64,000 nucleotides of DNA from Candidatus Uhrbacteria bacterium (GCA_963822405.1 CAWGHH010000002.1:107703-171702), one strand, 5' to 3'; positions 35,300 through 45,109 are shown, counted from the stretch's first letter. Numbers and translations: made by a program. The notes: generated by a model from the sequence alone, not told the origin.

Positions 35300-37376
35300 T
35301 GGTTATAGAGAGCTTAAGATGAATCCCGAGGCTAAAGATTTTAGAAAGTCATTAGCCGATTCTTTGATTAGGGCTAGGAACTATGATGGGTCGGAGGCTT
35401 CTTACGAAAGCCTGATGTCGTCTCTGGAGGTTTTAGAGGAAACAATTGAAACATCCCCATCTGTTGCTGGTCATACGGTTCGGGAGAAGGAGATTGACGC
35501 AGCGTTTAGATTTGCTCCCATTAGACCAAAAGAAATTAATGATGTTTTAGAAATAGCTGAGCAAGCGGGTCGACGCCGACTCCATAAAAGCTTGCAAGCG
35601 TCTCTTGAAGATGGCTCTGATATACCAAATGGAGCTTTTGTTATTCACAGACTAGATGGGGTTATTCTCCCGCCCGGTAATATTCCTGGGCCGATAGCCA
35701 CGAATGAGTCGGGTCATGGGTTTGACGCTGTTTCCTTTGAACCTAGGCTAGAAGAAATAATAAGATTATTGACTCAAATTCAGATATTTTCTGACGATGT
35801 TTTGATCAGCATCGGGGAAGTATCGAAAGATGTAGTACGTAGCAAGAGTTATGCAGTGATAGAAATTCCTAGGCTTAATAAAACAATCCTAGTTTGTGAT
35901 GAAGTTGGCGAGGCGACCTTTATAGTTAAATCTTTGGCGTCAGCGGCAAACTTCTTGTCCACTAGAAAGCAAGACCTAACCGAACATTTTGGCGAAGACA
36001 AGGTTGTTAGAATAATTAGAAATCAAGCCTGGGAGAAAAATATTTTAGCAGTTTTGAATGATGAAGAACTGAGATCCGGCAAGCCTCTCAATAAAGTTGA
36101 TGTTAAAGAATACGAGCTTGATCAAGTGCGAGCGGCGGTAATTAAGCAGTGTCCGCTTGATGAATGGTTGCACATGAACCAGACCGAGCGTGAGCAGAAG
36201 AGAATTGACGGCCTTAGCTTACGTATCATTGCAACTATTTTTAATGTTCCGAAGCCCAAAAATGAGTATTTAAAAATAACTCATTTCAATTTAGGAAAAG
36301 AAATATTCGGTCCAGATCAAAAACTAATTAAGGAAATTGACCTGTTAACTAGAAGTGCAGAAGATTGGAAAGCTAGCGTAAAGAAAAAACTACCAACCGC
36401 TGAGGAGTGGTTGCGCATCAGTGGTCCTAAAAGGCGAGAACTCGATTTCGATGGAAAGAAGATGTCTGCTCTTCAGGGGGCATTTGGAATTCAAAATAGC
36501 GTACTATCGAGCACAAAGGCCTTTGTTCAATTGGGAGCCGAGATTTATGGCCAGGATGATCCGGCTATTAAATCTGCTTACACCGCGGCCATCTTGAAGG
36601 AGTCGGCTCTAGAACGAACTCCGGAAGAATGGCGACAGGTTATCAGGGGCAGGATGGATGCCGGTGTGTGGCTTCAAAAAATGAGTGAGTCCGGTTTAGA
36701 GCTCAATATCGACGGCATCGGGATGCGAAAATTGGCAAAAAAATTTAGTGTTCAAATCGGTTCGCCTAAGGTCACTATGTTTAAATTAGGTTTCAATATA
36801 TACGGACTAGATAATGAGCAACTATCTACGGCGTATGAATTGTTCAATAAAGAGCAAGAGAGAATTACGTGGTCAAAGGAGCAGTGGAGGGAGCATTTAT
36901 TGATTAAGTGTCCTGATTTTGCGACTTGGATTGAAGATGGAAAAAATCTAAAAGTATTTAATAGCAAAGTTGGATATTTGCCGTGGATAGCTAAAAGTTT
37001 TGGTTTTCCGTGTGACGGAATTCATGATCGAAACACTTTTTCCTTGTTATCAAAAGAGCTCTACGGAGTAGATCCTAGGAATACGGAATCAGCCGTGGTT
37101 TGGCGAAAGAAGGCCGATGCGGAGACCTTGAATCGAACAACAGATGATTGGCGAGCCCGAATTAAGCAGGAATTTCCTACGGCGCAAGACTGGTTGGGTA
37201 TGACAAAAGAGCAGAAACGTCATTTTTATGTCGATAAACTGAGCATGCGAAGATTATGGAGAGCATTCGGCCTTAAAGATATTCCTTCGGACAGTAACAT
37301 CCATACGAACGCTAATTTTTTGGTTCTCGGTGAACAGATTTACGGAGTTGATGATCCAACCATTGTCAGCCGCTAA
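35289..37376 (+). CDS. Hypothetical 695-aa protein with five ~90-aa tandem repeats
   Basis: From ~residue 270 there are five repeats. Each begins with a Trp-containing basic segment (VRAAVIKQCPLDEWL / DWKASVKKKLPTAEEWL / EWRQVIRGRMDAGVWL / EQWREHLLIKCPDFATWI / DWRARIKQEFPTAQDWL). Each ends with a [FL]xLGxEIYGxD[DP] motif (FNLGKEIFGPDQ, FVQLGAEIYGQDDP, FKLGFNIYGLDNE, LLSKELYGVDPR, LVLGEQIYGVDDP). Confidence 0.55.
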   Translation: MENNGYRELKMNPEAKDFRKSLADSLIRARNYDGSEASYESLMSSLEVLEETIETSPSVAGHTVREKEIDAAFRFAPIRPKEINDVLEIAEQAGRRRLHKSLQASLEDGSDIPNGAFVIHRLDGVILPPGNIPGPIATNESGHGFDAVSFEPRLEEIIRLLTQIQIFSDDVLISIGEVSKDVVRSKSYAVIEIPRLNKTILVCDEVGEATFIVKSLASAANFLSTRKQDLTEHFGEDKVVRIIRNQAWEKNILAVLNDEELRSGKPLNKVDVKEYELDQVRAAVIKQCPLDEWLHMNQTEREQKRIDGLSLRIIATIFNVPKPKNEYLKITHFNLGKEIFGPDQKLIKEIDLLTRSAEDWKASVKKKLPTAEEWLRISGPKRRELDFDGKKMSALQGAFGIQNSVLSSTKAFVQLGAEIYGQDDPAIKSAYTAAILKESALERTPEEWRQVIRGRMDAGVWLQKMSESGLELNIDGIGMRKLAKKFSVQIGSPKVTMFKLGFNIYGLDNEQLSTAYELFNKEQERITWSKEQWREHLLIKCPDFATWIEDGKNLKVFNSKVGYLPWIAKSFGFPCDGIHDRNTFSLLSKELYGVDPRNTESAVVWRKKADAETLNRTTDDWRARIKQEFPTAQDWLGMTKEQKRHFYVDKLSMRRLWRAFGLKDIPSDSNIHTNANFLVLGEQIYGVDDPTIVSR

Positions 37377-37538
37377 AGAGGCGGTCAGGACTAAATGAGA
37401 GGCGTGTATTTTTGCGACGCAATGGAGGAGTCTGCGCTCACCTTCGCGCTGTATTTGCCTTATCCCCAAAGTGAGTCTATTTACTAGCTGTAGTGGTATA
37501 CTAATCCAGCTATACACAATATGTAGTGTGCCGGAGAA

Positions 37539-38540
37539 TTGAATATGCAACAGACAACGCTTGAATCGTTTGCGATCGTTGAGAAAGATAAACCGTCTAC
37601 GTTGTTGATTCCTAGGAAGGTCTATAGACCGTTTGAATATCCTCAGTACTACGAGTACTTTCAGAAACAGAACCAGGCTCACTGGCTGCCAACTGAAGTG
37701 CCAATGGAGAGTGACATCGCAGATTACAGATTCCGGTTAAGCAAAGAAGAATCGAACTTGATTATTCAAATTCTTCGTTTCTTTACTCAGGGAGATATTG
37801 AGGTAAACAACAATTACAACCAGAAACTGATTCCTGCGTTTCCTAAGCCGGAGATTAAGATGATGTTGTCGGCTTTTGCAGCCATGGAAAGTGTGCACGT
37901 GTGGGCTTACTCGTACTTGAATGATTCGCTCGGTTTACCAGAAAAAGAATACTCGGCCTTTCTGGACTTCTCGTCGATGAAAGCTAAGTACGACTATATT
38001 CAGAAGTTCGACGTTCATAATGTTGAAGAATTGGCTACTAATCTGGCGGTGTTTGGTGGGTTCATGGAAGGCGTGAGTTTATTCTCGTCCTTTGCTATTT
38101 TGATGAACTATCCGCGCATGGGCAAGATGAAAGGCGTCGGCCAAATTGTCACCTGGAGTATTCGTGATGAAAGCTTGCATAGTAAGGGCGTTTGTCATTT
38201 GTTCCGTGACTTGATCTCTGAGAATAAATATCTGTGGACGCCGGCTTTCAAGCAGACTTTGTTTGATGCTTGTGATGACATGGTGAAGCTTGAAGATGCG
38301 TTTATTGATACATGTTTTGATATGGGGCCAGTACCGGGATTAACGCCGGCGCAGGTGAAGCAGTACATTCGGTTTATTGCTGATCGTCGACTGAATGATT
38401 TGGGCCTCGACGCCTTGTACGAAGTGACAAACCCGCTCGAATGGTTGGACACCATGATAAACGCCAAAGAGCACGCTAACTTTTTTGAAAGTCGGGCGAC
38501 GGAATACTCGAAGGGAACCGTACTTGAAGATTGGACGTAG
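37539..38540 (+). CDS. nrdB: Class I ribonucleotide reductase small (beta, R2) subunit
   Basis: Di-iron ligand motifs MESVHVWAY and IRDESLHS (ExxH) within a ferritin-like fold, with a conserved aromatic C-terminal tail. Immediately upstream of nrdA. Confidence 0.85.
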   Translation: MNMQQTTLESFAIVEKDKPSTLLIPRKVYRPFEYPQYYEYFQKQNQAHWLPTEVPMESDIADYRFRLSKEESNLIIQILRFFTQGDIEVNNNYNQKLIPAFPKPEIKMMLSAFAAMESVHVWAYSYLNDSLGLPEKEYSAFLDFSSMKAKYDYIQKFDVHNVEELATNLAVFGGFMEGVSLFSSFAILMNYPRMGKMKGVGQIVTWSIRDESLHSKGVCHLFRDLISENKYLWTPAFKQTLFDACDDMVKLEDAFIDTCFDMGPVPGLTPAQVKQYIRFIADRRLNDLGLDALYEVTNPLEWLDTMINAKEHANFFESRATEYSKGTVLEDWT

Positions 38541-38563
38541 ACCATAAAAAATCTATAAAAGCT

Positions 38564-40468
38564 ATGAACTACCCTAGTGTAATTGATGCTCTCTCGGCGA
38601 ACGATCTGGTGGCTGCTCGTGATATGTTGTTGGCCGAGATTTTAGCCTCGACTAAAGGTAAAGGAAGCTGGGATTCTGAATATTACTTGCCGGAGTGTAA
38701 GGAGATTCAGCAGTCTCTCGTCCTCGTACCAGAACGCAATCAGAACTTCACCTATTTCGGTCTTGAGAATTTCCGAGATCGTTATGCGTTGCGTAATATT
38801 GCCGGAGAGGTGATTGAGGATCCGCAAATGTTCTTTGCGCGTATTGCTACTGGGCAAGCGCGAGGCGATAAGGAGCTGGCGCAGTACCTGTATGACATCA
38901 TGAGTAAGAACTGGTATTTGCCGTCTTCGCCTACGCTCATGAACATCGGAACCAAGAAGGGTTTGCCGATTTCATGTTTCTTAAACACGGTACCGGACGA
39001 TCTTGGCGGCATCTTTGATATTTATCGAGAGAATGCGTTCCTTGCTAAGTACGGGGGAGGAATCGGCACCGATTGGTCGCAGCTCCGTGGCCAAAACGCG
39101 CCGCTTCTTTCGTCGGGTCTTAGATCGAGTGGTGTCATTCCGTTTTTGAAGATCATGGACTCTGAAACTATTGCGATTGCGCGTAACGGTGTGCGTCGTG
39201 GTGCGGCCGCGGCTTATTTGCGAATCGATCACCCAGATATTGAAGATTTCCTTGAGATGCGTAAGCCGGGTGGCGATCAGGACCGTAAGTGCATGAACAT
39301 TAATAACGGAATCGTCATCACTGACGAGTTCATGCAGGCCGTTGAAGCCGGTAAGCCGTACAATCTTGTTGACCCACATTCAAAACTAGTGACAAGGGAA
39401 CTCGACGCTTTGACCATGTGGCGCAGATTGCTGTCTATGCGAGCGGAAACAGGGGAGCCATATCTGATTTTCATCGATACCGTGAATCGAGCTCGACCAC
39501 AGCACCACAAAGACCTCGGACTAATCGTTCGCCAAAGTAATTTGTGTACAGAAATTGTTTTGCCAACGGATGAGAAGCGCACGGCCGTTTGTTGCTTGGG
39601 CTCGATCAACCTAGAACGTTGGGACGAGTTCGCTGATCAGATTGACGCTGTTGCGTACGCTTGCGTGAAGGCACTCGACAATAATTTGGAGACTTTCATC
39701 GAACAGGCTAACGCGAAAGAATATACTAAGGCGTTAAATTCAGTCAGGAGCGAACGCTCTATTGGCTTTGGGGTGATGGGCTATCATGGATATTTGATGA
39801 GCAAGGGCATTCCGTTTGAGTCAGTTCAAGCTCGACTGATCAACAAACAGATTTTTGAGAAGTTCGGCACAGCCGCTCGTGAAGCGTCAAAGAAGTTGGG
39901 CGAGGAGCGCGGACTTCCACTTGATGGCGGAACCCAACGAAATAGTTATGTGACTAGCATCCAGCCAACTGCGTCGACCGCGTTCTTGTGCGGTGAAGCT
40001 ACACCGGCGATCGAACCAATTGCGGGTAATGCATACTTGCAAAAGACATTGTCGGGCAGCTTCCTTGTAAAGAACAAGCATCTGGAAAGATTCCTAGAAA
40101 CAAAAGGCCAGAACACGGTTGATGTCTGGAAGAGAGTGATTGCGGACAAGGGGAGCGTTGAAAATCTCAGCTTCCTGACCCCAGAAGAGAAGGCTATTTT
40201 CCGCACTGGTTATGAGATGAACATGCGGGAAATTGTTCAACAGGCAGCTGACAGACAGCCGTATATCGACCAAGCTCAGTCACTAAATGTGTTCTTCCAA
40301 ACTCCGGTTTCGGGTAAATACATGAACGAGGTGCACATGATGGCTTGGAAACTTGGCCTCAAGTCCCTTTACTATCTTCGCTCGGCTTCACCAATTAGTG
40401 CTGATTCTATTGGGATTGCTACAGAAAAGCGCGACGTTGCCAATGAAGAATGTGCCGTTTGCCAATAA
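38564..40468 (+). CDS. nrdA: Class I ribonucleotide reductase large (alpha, R1) subunit, without ATP-cone
   Basis: Motifs PTLMNIGT, SCFL, SNLCTEIVLPT, and a C-terminal Cys pair ECAVCQ. No N-terminal ATP-cone is visible. Likely start MNYPS at 38564; the tabulated ORF starts at 38531, overlapping nrdB. Confidence 0.88.
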   Translation: MNYPSVIDALSANDLVAARDMLLAEILASTKGKGSWDSEYYLPECKEIQQSLVLVPERNQNFTYFGLENFRDRYALRNIAGEVIEDPQMFFARIATGQARGDKELAQYLYDIMSKNWYLPSSPTLMNIGTKKGLPISCFLNTVPDDLGGIFDIYRENAFLAKYGGGIGTDWSQLRGQNAPLLSSGLRSSGVIPFLKIMDSETIAIARNGVRRGAAAAYLRIDHPDIEDFLEMRKPGGDQDRKCMNINNGIVITDEFMQAVEAGKPYNLVDPHSKLVTRELDALTMWRRLLSMRAETGEPYLIFIDTVNRARPQHHKDLGLIVRQSNLCTEIVLPTDEKRTAVCCLGSINLERWDEFADQIDAVAYACVKALDNNLETFIEQANAKEYTKALNSVRSERSIGFGVMGYHGYLMSKGIPFESVQARLINKQIFEKFGTAAREASKKLGEERGLPLDGGTQRNSYVTSIQPTASTAFLCGEATPAIEPIAGNAYLQKTLSGSFLVKNKHLERFLETKGQNTVDVWKRVIADKGSVENLSFLTPEEKAIFRTGYEMNMREIVQQAADRQPYIDQAQSLNVFFQTPVSGKYMNEVHMMAWKLGLKSLYYLRSASPISADSIGIATEKRDVANEECAVCQ

Positions 40469-40585
40469 TCAATAAACAAGGTATTACTGACGCCTTATTG
40501 TTTGGCTTGTGGAAAACAAGTTTGCTGGGAAGAGATGATGGGTATAATCAGGCCGTTATCTCTTTTTGGTTTTTCTTCTATCTCT

Positions 40586-41014
40586 ATGAAAATATCAGCC
40601 GCACTTGAAGTTTTGGGTAATGACAGTCCAATTGTTGTTCGCGATAAAACCTTCGTTCCACGCGGGGTAGAATCTGTTTCACTTGAGACCGGTGAAAAAG
40701 TATACTGGGTACCAAGCGTTGAGGGCGTTTGGTTGTCTCTTGACCCAGAGGGGGAGGAGATTGTTCTCTTTGAGGATATTGACGAAGAAATTGAGGTTGA
40801 GGATGACATTGTTGTTTACGGTGGCGAGGATCATGAATTGGCCTATGAGGGTACCGCGACTATGGCTGCTGAAGATGGTGGTAAGACTATGGTCTTTAAA
40901 GACTACGCATCTTCTGACGGCGAGATCATTCGCATCATGGAAGATGAAACAACTGGAGACAAGTCTTCAGCCTACGGTGTTAAATTGACAGAGGAAGATT
41001 TGCAGGAGGCTTAG
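40586..41014 (+). CDS. Hypothetical acidic protein
   Basis: ~140 aa, rich in Asp/Glu (EDIDEEIEVEDDIVVYGGEDHELAYEG). No motif recognised. Sits between nrdA and ftsI. Confidence 0.3.
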   Translation: MKISAALEVLGNDSPIVVRDKTFVPRGVESVSLETGEKVYWVPSVEGVWLSLDPEGEEIVLFEDIDEEIEVEDDIVVYGGEDHELAYEGTATMAAEDGGKTMVFKDYASSDGEIIRIMEDETTGDKSSAYGVKLTEEDLQEA

Positions 41015-41031
41015 GCTTTCAAAAAGGCCTT

Positions 41032-42936
41032 ATGAAAAATAACGCCTCGGGGCGCAATTGGAGAATAGGCGCCATTCGGCTCTTATTTCTAGCGTTCCTG
41101 GGCGTTATTGGTTTTAAATTATTTTCTATCCAGGTGCTTGGCGCTAGTTTTTATTCTGCCCTGGCTGACGGTAAACACACTTTGTACGAGGAACTGGTGC
41201 CGGAGCGCGGTAAGATCTTAGTTAAAGATTTTAATGATCCAACAGAATATCCAATTGCGACTACTACGCAAAAAGGATTTGTATACTCTGATCCCAGAAA
41301 AGTAAAAGATCCGGTACTTTTGGGAACCAGTATTGCTAAAATTTTGTCATTGCCTGGGCTTAATGAAGGTGACCAGCTTGATTTGATTAGAAGTCTTGAG
41401 AAGGCTGACAGAATTACTGACGCAAAGGATGTAAAGAAGCAAATTTTGGAAGCTCGTGGAGTAACTTTGCCAGAAAATGTCGACGATATTCCGGCCTTGT
41501 TCGACCAAGAAATGAAAGATCATCCGAATGCCGTGCAAGCGTTGATTGCTCGACTATCTAAAAAAGACGATCCATATGAGCCAGTAGCTCATGCCGTACC
41601 TCAGTCACAGCTCGAGCTTATAGAGGGATTGCATGACCCAGCCATATTCTACGATCTTGAAAATGCTCGGTCATATCCTGAGCCAGATTTTGGCGGACAC
41701 GTTTTGGGTTTTCTTGGTAAAGATGATGCCAGCAAGCCTAAGGGTTATTACGGGATAGAAGGATTCTTTAATGACTTTTTGTCTGGCACTATTGGGACTT
41801 TGTATTCTCAAGTTTCTCGTTCTGGAGCGTTGCTTGGAGTTGGCGGCCGGCAGTTTACGCCGGCGGTTGACGGGGGAGATGTTTTGTTGACGATCGATAG
41901 GACCATCCAGGTGAAAGCGTGTGCTATGTTAAAAACAGCCGTTGACGATTATCAGGCCAAAGGGGGAGTGCTCGTGATCATGGAGCCAAAGACAGGAGCG
42001 ATTATTGCAATGTGCGGATTTCCAGATTTTGATCCGATAAATTACGGGAAAGTAAACGATTTTTCCGACTACAACAATCCAGCAATTTTTACGCCGTACG
42101 AACCAGGCTCGATCATCAAGCCGCTAACCATGGCCGCCGGTATTGATGTTGGCGCAGTAACTCCTGACAGTACATTCACTGATACCGGAACGGTCGAGGT
42201 TGACGACGTAACGATTCACAACGCCAACAATAAAATTTTTGGTCTAGCGTCCATGATTGATGTGCTCGATCAATCGATTAATACAGGCATGGTGTGGGTG
42301 ATGCGCCACATGGGGCGTGATGTTCTGCGCGAGTATTTCACTCGTTACGGCTTCGGTTCGTTGACCGGCATTGAGCTTAAGAGCGAGGCCACCGGGACCA
42401 TCGCCCCACTTAATGAGTCGGCCGAGGTGTATTCAGCTACAGCTGCCTTTGGTCAGGGCGTAACTATGACGCCGTTACAGATCGTGGCTGCGTTTGCCGC
42501 TATTGCGAATGGCGGTACGTACATGAAACCGCACATTGTCAGCGAGCTCAGATACGCTGATGGTACTGTAGACAAGATTGAACCGGAGCCAGTTCGTCAA
42601 GTAGTTTCTGCACACACTTCTACAACCATGGGAGCCATGTTAATTTCCGTAGTCGAGTATGGTCACGGAAAGAGAGCCGGCGTGCCTGGCTATTACATTG
42701 CCGGTAAAACAGGAACAGCTCAGGTGGCTGAGCGTGGAAAATATTCAGAAACTGCGTTTAACGGTTCATTCGCTGGTTACGGTCCTGTTCGTGATCCAAA
42801 GTTTGCCATGATCGTGAAGATCGAAGAACCAAAGGACGTCTTATTCGCAGAAACTACCGCCGCTCCCGTCTTTGGAAAAATTGCTAAGCTACTCCTAGAA
42901 TATTACGGGGTAGCACCTGAAAGAAAGATAGAGTAA
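41032..42936 (+). CDS. ftsI: Peptidoglycan D,D-transpeptidase (penicillin-binding protein 2 / FtsI class)
   Basis: N-terminal TM anchor, dimerisation domain, then transpeptidase motifs S-x-x-K (PGSIIKP), S-x-N (QSINTG) and K-T-G (AGKTGTA). Confidence 0.85.
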   Translation: MKNNASGRNWRIGAIRLLFLAFLGVIGFKLFSIQVLGASFYSALADGKHTLYEELVPERGKILVKDFNDPTEYPIATTTQKGFVYSDPRKVKDPVLLGTSIAKILSLPGLNEGDQLDLIRSLEKADRITDAKDVKKQILEARGVTLPENVDDIPALFDQEMKDHPNAVQALIARLSKKDDPYEPVAHAVPQSQLELIEGLHDPAIFYDLENARSYPEPDFGGHVLGFLGKDDASKPKGYYGIEGFFNDFLSGTIGTLYSQVSRSGALLGVGGRQFTPAVDGGDVLLTIDRTIQVKACAMLKTAVDDYQAKGGVLVIMEPKTGAIIAMCGFPDFDPINYGKVNDFSDYNNPAIFTPYEPGSIIKPLTMAAGIDVGAVTPDSTFTDTGTVEVDDVTIHNANNKIFGLASMIDVLDQSINTGMVWVMRHMGRDVLREYFTRYGFGSLTGIELKSEATGTIAPLNESAEVYSATAAFGQGVTMTPLQIVAAFAAIANGGTYMKPHIVSELRYADGTVDKIEPEPVRQVVSAHTSTTMGAMLISVVEYGHGKRAGVPGYYIAGKTGTAQVAERGKYSETAFNGSFAGYGPVRDPKFAMIVKIEEPKDVLFAETTAAPVFGKIAKLLLEYYGVAPERKIE

Positions 42937-42948
42937 AATAAGGTTAAT

Positions 42949-44241
42949 ATGAAAAAGCTCGTCCAAAAAGTTATTGCTGGTGTGGCTAAGCGTAAGTTAG
43001 CCAAGTTCCATCCGACCGTTATTGCAGTTACTGGTTCAGTCGGTAAGTCGTCAACGTGCGCGGCAATAGCAATTGCTCTTGGGGCGAAATATCGTGTTCG
43101 CAGTCCGTTGAAAAACTACAACAATGAATTCGGTTTGCCTTTAGCAATTTTAGGCGAGAAGAGTCCAGGTAAAGATGCGTGGGAGTGGTTTAAGCTTTGG
43201 AAACGCGCCGTCATGATGAAGGACATGCCGGAGTACTTGGTGCTCGAGTACGGTGCTGACAAGCCAGGAGACATTTCCTATCTCGCGTCTATTGCTAAAC
43301 CAGACATTGCGGTGATTACGGCTATTTCGTCGGTTCATCTTTCAAACTATCCGGCTATCGAAGCGTTGATCGAGGAGAAAGCTTCACTCGGCGATTTTGT
43401 AAAAGTTGGCGGGCTAGTTTTGTTAAACGCCAATGACGATATTGTTTCTCTTCTTTCGAGCAGATACTCTGACGCCTCGGTCATGATGTACGGCATAGAG
43501 GCTGGAGATGTTCGAGCGGAGAATGTGAGGATCGAAACTAAACTTGAAGAAAGCTTTGACCCAGGCGAAACGTTTGCAGTTTTAAAAGCAACGATCAAGA
43601 CGAAAACCGATGAGATCGAAATCACTTTGAAGAATTGTATTTCAATGGGCGCTTTGTCAGCTGCGGTTGTCGCTGTGGCCGTAGCGACTAAACTCGGCGT
43701 TCCACTTTCTGACGCGGTTAGAGCACTTGAGCAGGGAATGAAGCCAATTAATGGTCGACTCAACCCAATCCCGGGAATCAAAGGTGCACTCGTGCTTGAT
43801 GACTCATATAACGCCGCCCCGGCATCCGTTAGTGTTGCGCTCGACGCTCTTATGCGTTTCACTCCGGGGGAGGAACGAGATCGCCGTATTGCTGTTCTTG
43901 GCGACATGGCCGAGCTTGGTCCTCGAACAGAATCTGAGCACCGTGCCATTGGCAGACATGTAGCTAGAGCTTGCGATCTGTTCGTTGCCGTTGGTCCGCA
44001 AATGGGTTTGGCTGCTGAAGAAGCTATTGCTGCTGGTTTGCCCAAAGACAAGGTTGAGCGTTTCAGTACTTCTGTCGAAGCTGGCCGTTACCTTGATGCC
44101 AACATCCAGAAGGGCGACGTTGTTCTCGTTAAGGGTTCGCAATCTATGCGAATGGAAAAAGCCGTAAAAGACATCATGGGCGAGCCACTCAAGGCCGCTG
44201 ACATACTCGTGAGACAGGAGGAATACTGGTTGGAGAGATAG
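42949..44241 (+). CDS. murF: UDP-N-acetylmuramoyl-tripeptide--D-alanyl-D-alanine ligase
   Basis: Mur ligase P-loop VIAVTGSVGKSST and MurF-specific C-terminal region LDDSYNAAPASVSVALDAL. Adjacent to ftsI. Confidence 0.9.
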   Translation: MKKLVQKVIAGVAKRKLAKFHPTVIAVTGSVGKSSTCAAIAIALGAKYRVRSPLKNYNNEFGLPLAILGEKSPGKDAWEWFKLWKRAVMMKDMPEYLVLEYGADKPGDISYLASIAKPDIAVITAISSVHLSNYPAIEALIEEKASLGDFVKVGGLVLLNANDDIVSLLSSRYSDASVMMYGIEAGDVRAENVRIETKLEESFDPGETFAVLKATIKTKTDEIEITLKNCISMGALSAAVVAVAVATKLGVPLSDAVRALEQGMKPINGRLNPIPGIKGALVLDDSYNAAPASVSVALDALMRFTPGEERDRRIAVLGDMAELGPRTESEHRAIGRHVARACDLFVAVGPQMGLAAEEAIAAGLPKDKVERFSTSVEAGRYLDANIQKGDVVLVKGSQSMRMEKAVKDIMGEPLKAADILVRQEEYWLER

Positions 44242-44262
44242 CAAATAATCAACAGAGACAGG

Positions 44263-44296
44263 CAAAAGTTGACTTCCGGTCAACTTTTGTGTATAT
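44263..44296 (+). terminator. Rho-independent terminator after murF
   Basis: Perfect 11-bp stem caaaagttgac / gtcaacttttg with a ttccg loop, followed by tgtatattt. Confidence 0.6.
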
Positions 44297-44622
44297 TTGG
44301 AACTGGTCTGCCGGACCGGGAAACGAACGTCTCACTGATTGCTTCAGGCAATCCCAAAGTCATCAAGCTGACGGCAAAAAGGTACAAAAGCGGGCGGGGA
44401 CCATGTACCTTCCAGCTGTGATGTGCCCGTGTGGGGACGGGTCGTTGTTGGGCTGAGCCGTTGAGGTTCGCCTGATAAGACTAGGAGTCGTGGGACTTAT
44501 TTCTCGCCCGGCAGGCCTCATTTTTACTCACTCGTGTTTCTTCGCTTATATTCCCCCTTCCAGGCTTTCCTGGAGGGGGGTTTGCTTTTGGCTAAAATTA
44601 GCTATGAAACGCCATTTTCGGC

Positions 44623-44651
44623 TTGACAAAAGTCGATTTTTTTGCTATGAT
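44623..44651 (+). promoter_or_regulatory. Consensus sigma70-type promoter with no downstream ORF
   Basis: TTGACA at 44623-44628, a 17-nt spacer (aaagtcgattttttttgc), then TATGAT at 44646-44651. Nothing coding follows on the + strand before the convergent glmS. Confidence 0.5.
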
Positions 44652-44657
44652 AGAAAG

Positions 44658-45047
44658 GTTACTTTGGAGGTTGAGATGCTCTTATGTTGATATGCCGTCG
44701 CTGACGGCTTCGAGTGTCCATCGGCACTCCTCCCTACGGGGAACCCACCGATGGCCGGCCCCCGCATCTGAGGATATGCGAGATATGCCGGGTTGAATCC
44801 TCGCCGCTATTTAACTCTGTGTTCGCCGCAATGAGAGGACGAACAAAACCCCGACTGATCAAGTCGCTGGAGGAAGTCCACTAACCAAATAACGAGTTCA
44901 GCGGATTTCTCACTAATCCGTGGGACGTCGCCAACACGTCCCGTCCAAATTGGCACGCCGAAGCTGTACCGACGAACACGGGAGTCGCGCCCCGAGTCAG
45001 CACGTGAACCCGCCCCATCCCTTGAGATGGTGGCGGGTTTTCATTTT
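44658..45047 (+). ncRNA. Candidate structured ncRNA (~390 nt) of unknown class
   Basis: Bounded upstream by the consensus promoter and at 45009-45047 by a stem cccgcc(c)catc ... gatggtggcggg plus ttttcatttt. Internal hairpins include gccgtcgctgacggc, cgcatctgaggatatgcg, gggacgtcgccaacacgtccc and the long-range pair ccatcgg...ccgatgg. No credible ORF. Could not be matched to RNase P, tmRNA, SRP or glmS-ribozyme consensus by eye. Confidence 0.3.
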
Positions 45048-45109
45048 GCTTAGAATTGGTTCGCTTCTCCCTCTCCTCGAAGAGGAGAGGGTCGGGGTGA
45101 GGATCAGGG

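Noticed and set aside
40495-40809. 104-aa minus-strand ORF
   Set aside because: It overlaps the + strand acidic ORF and has Ser-rich low complexity. The + strand ORF is preferred, though itself weakly supported.
43347-44051. 234-aa minus-strand ORF
   Set aside because: Antisense within murF. Ser/Ala-rich low-complexity translation.
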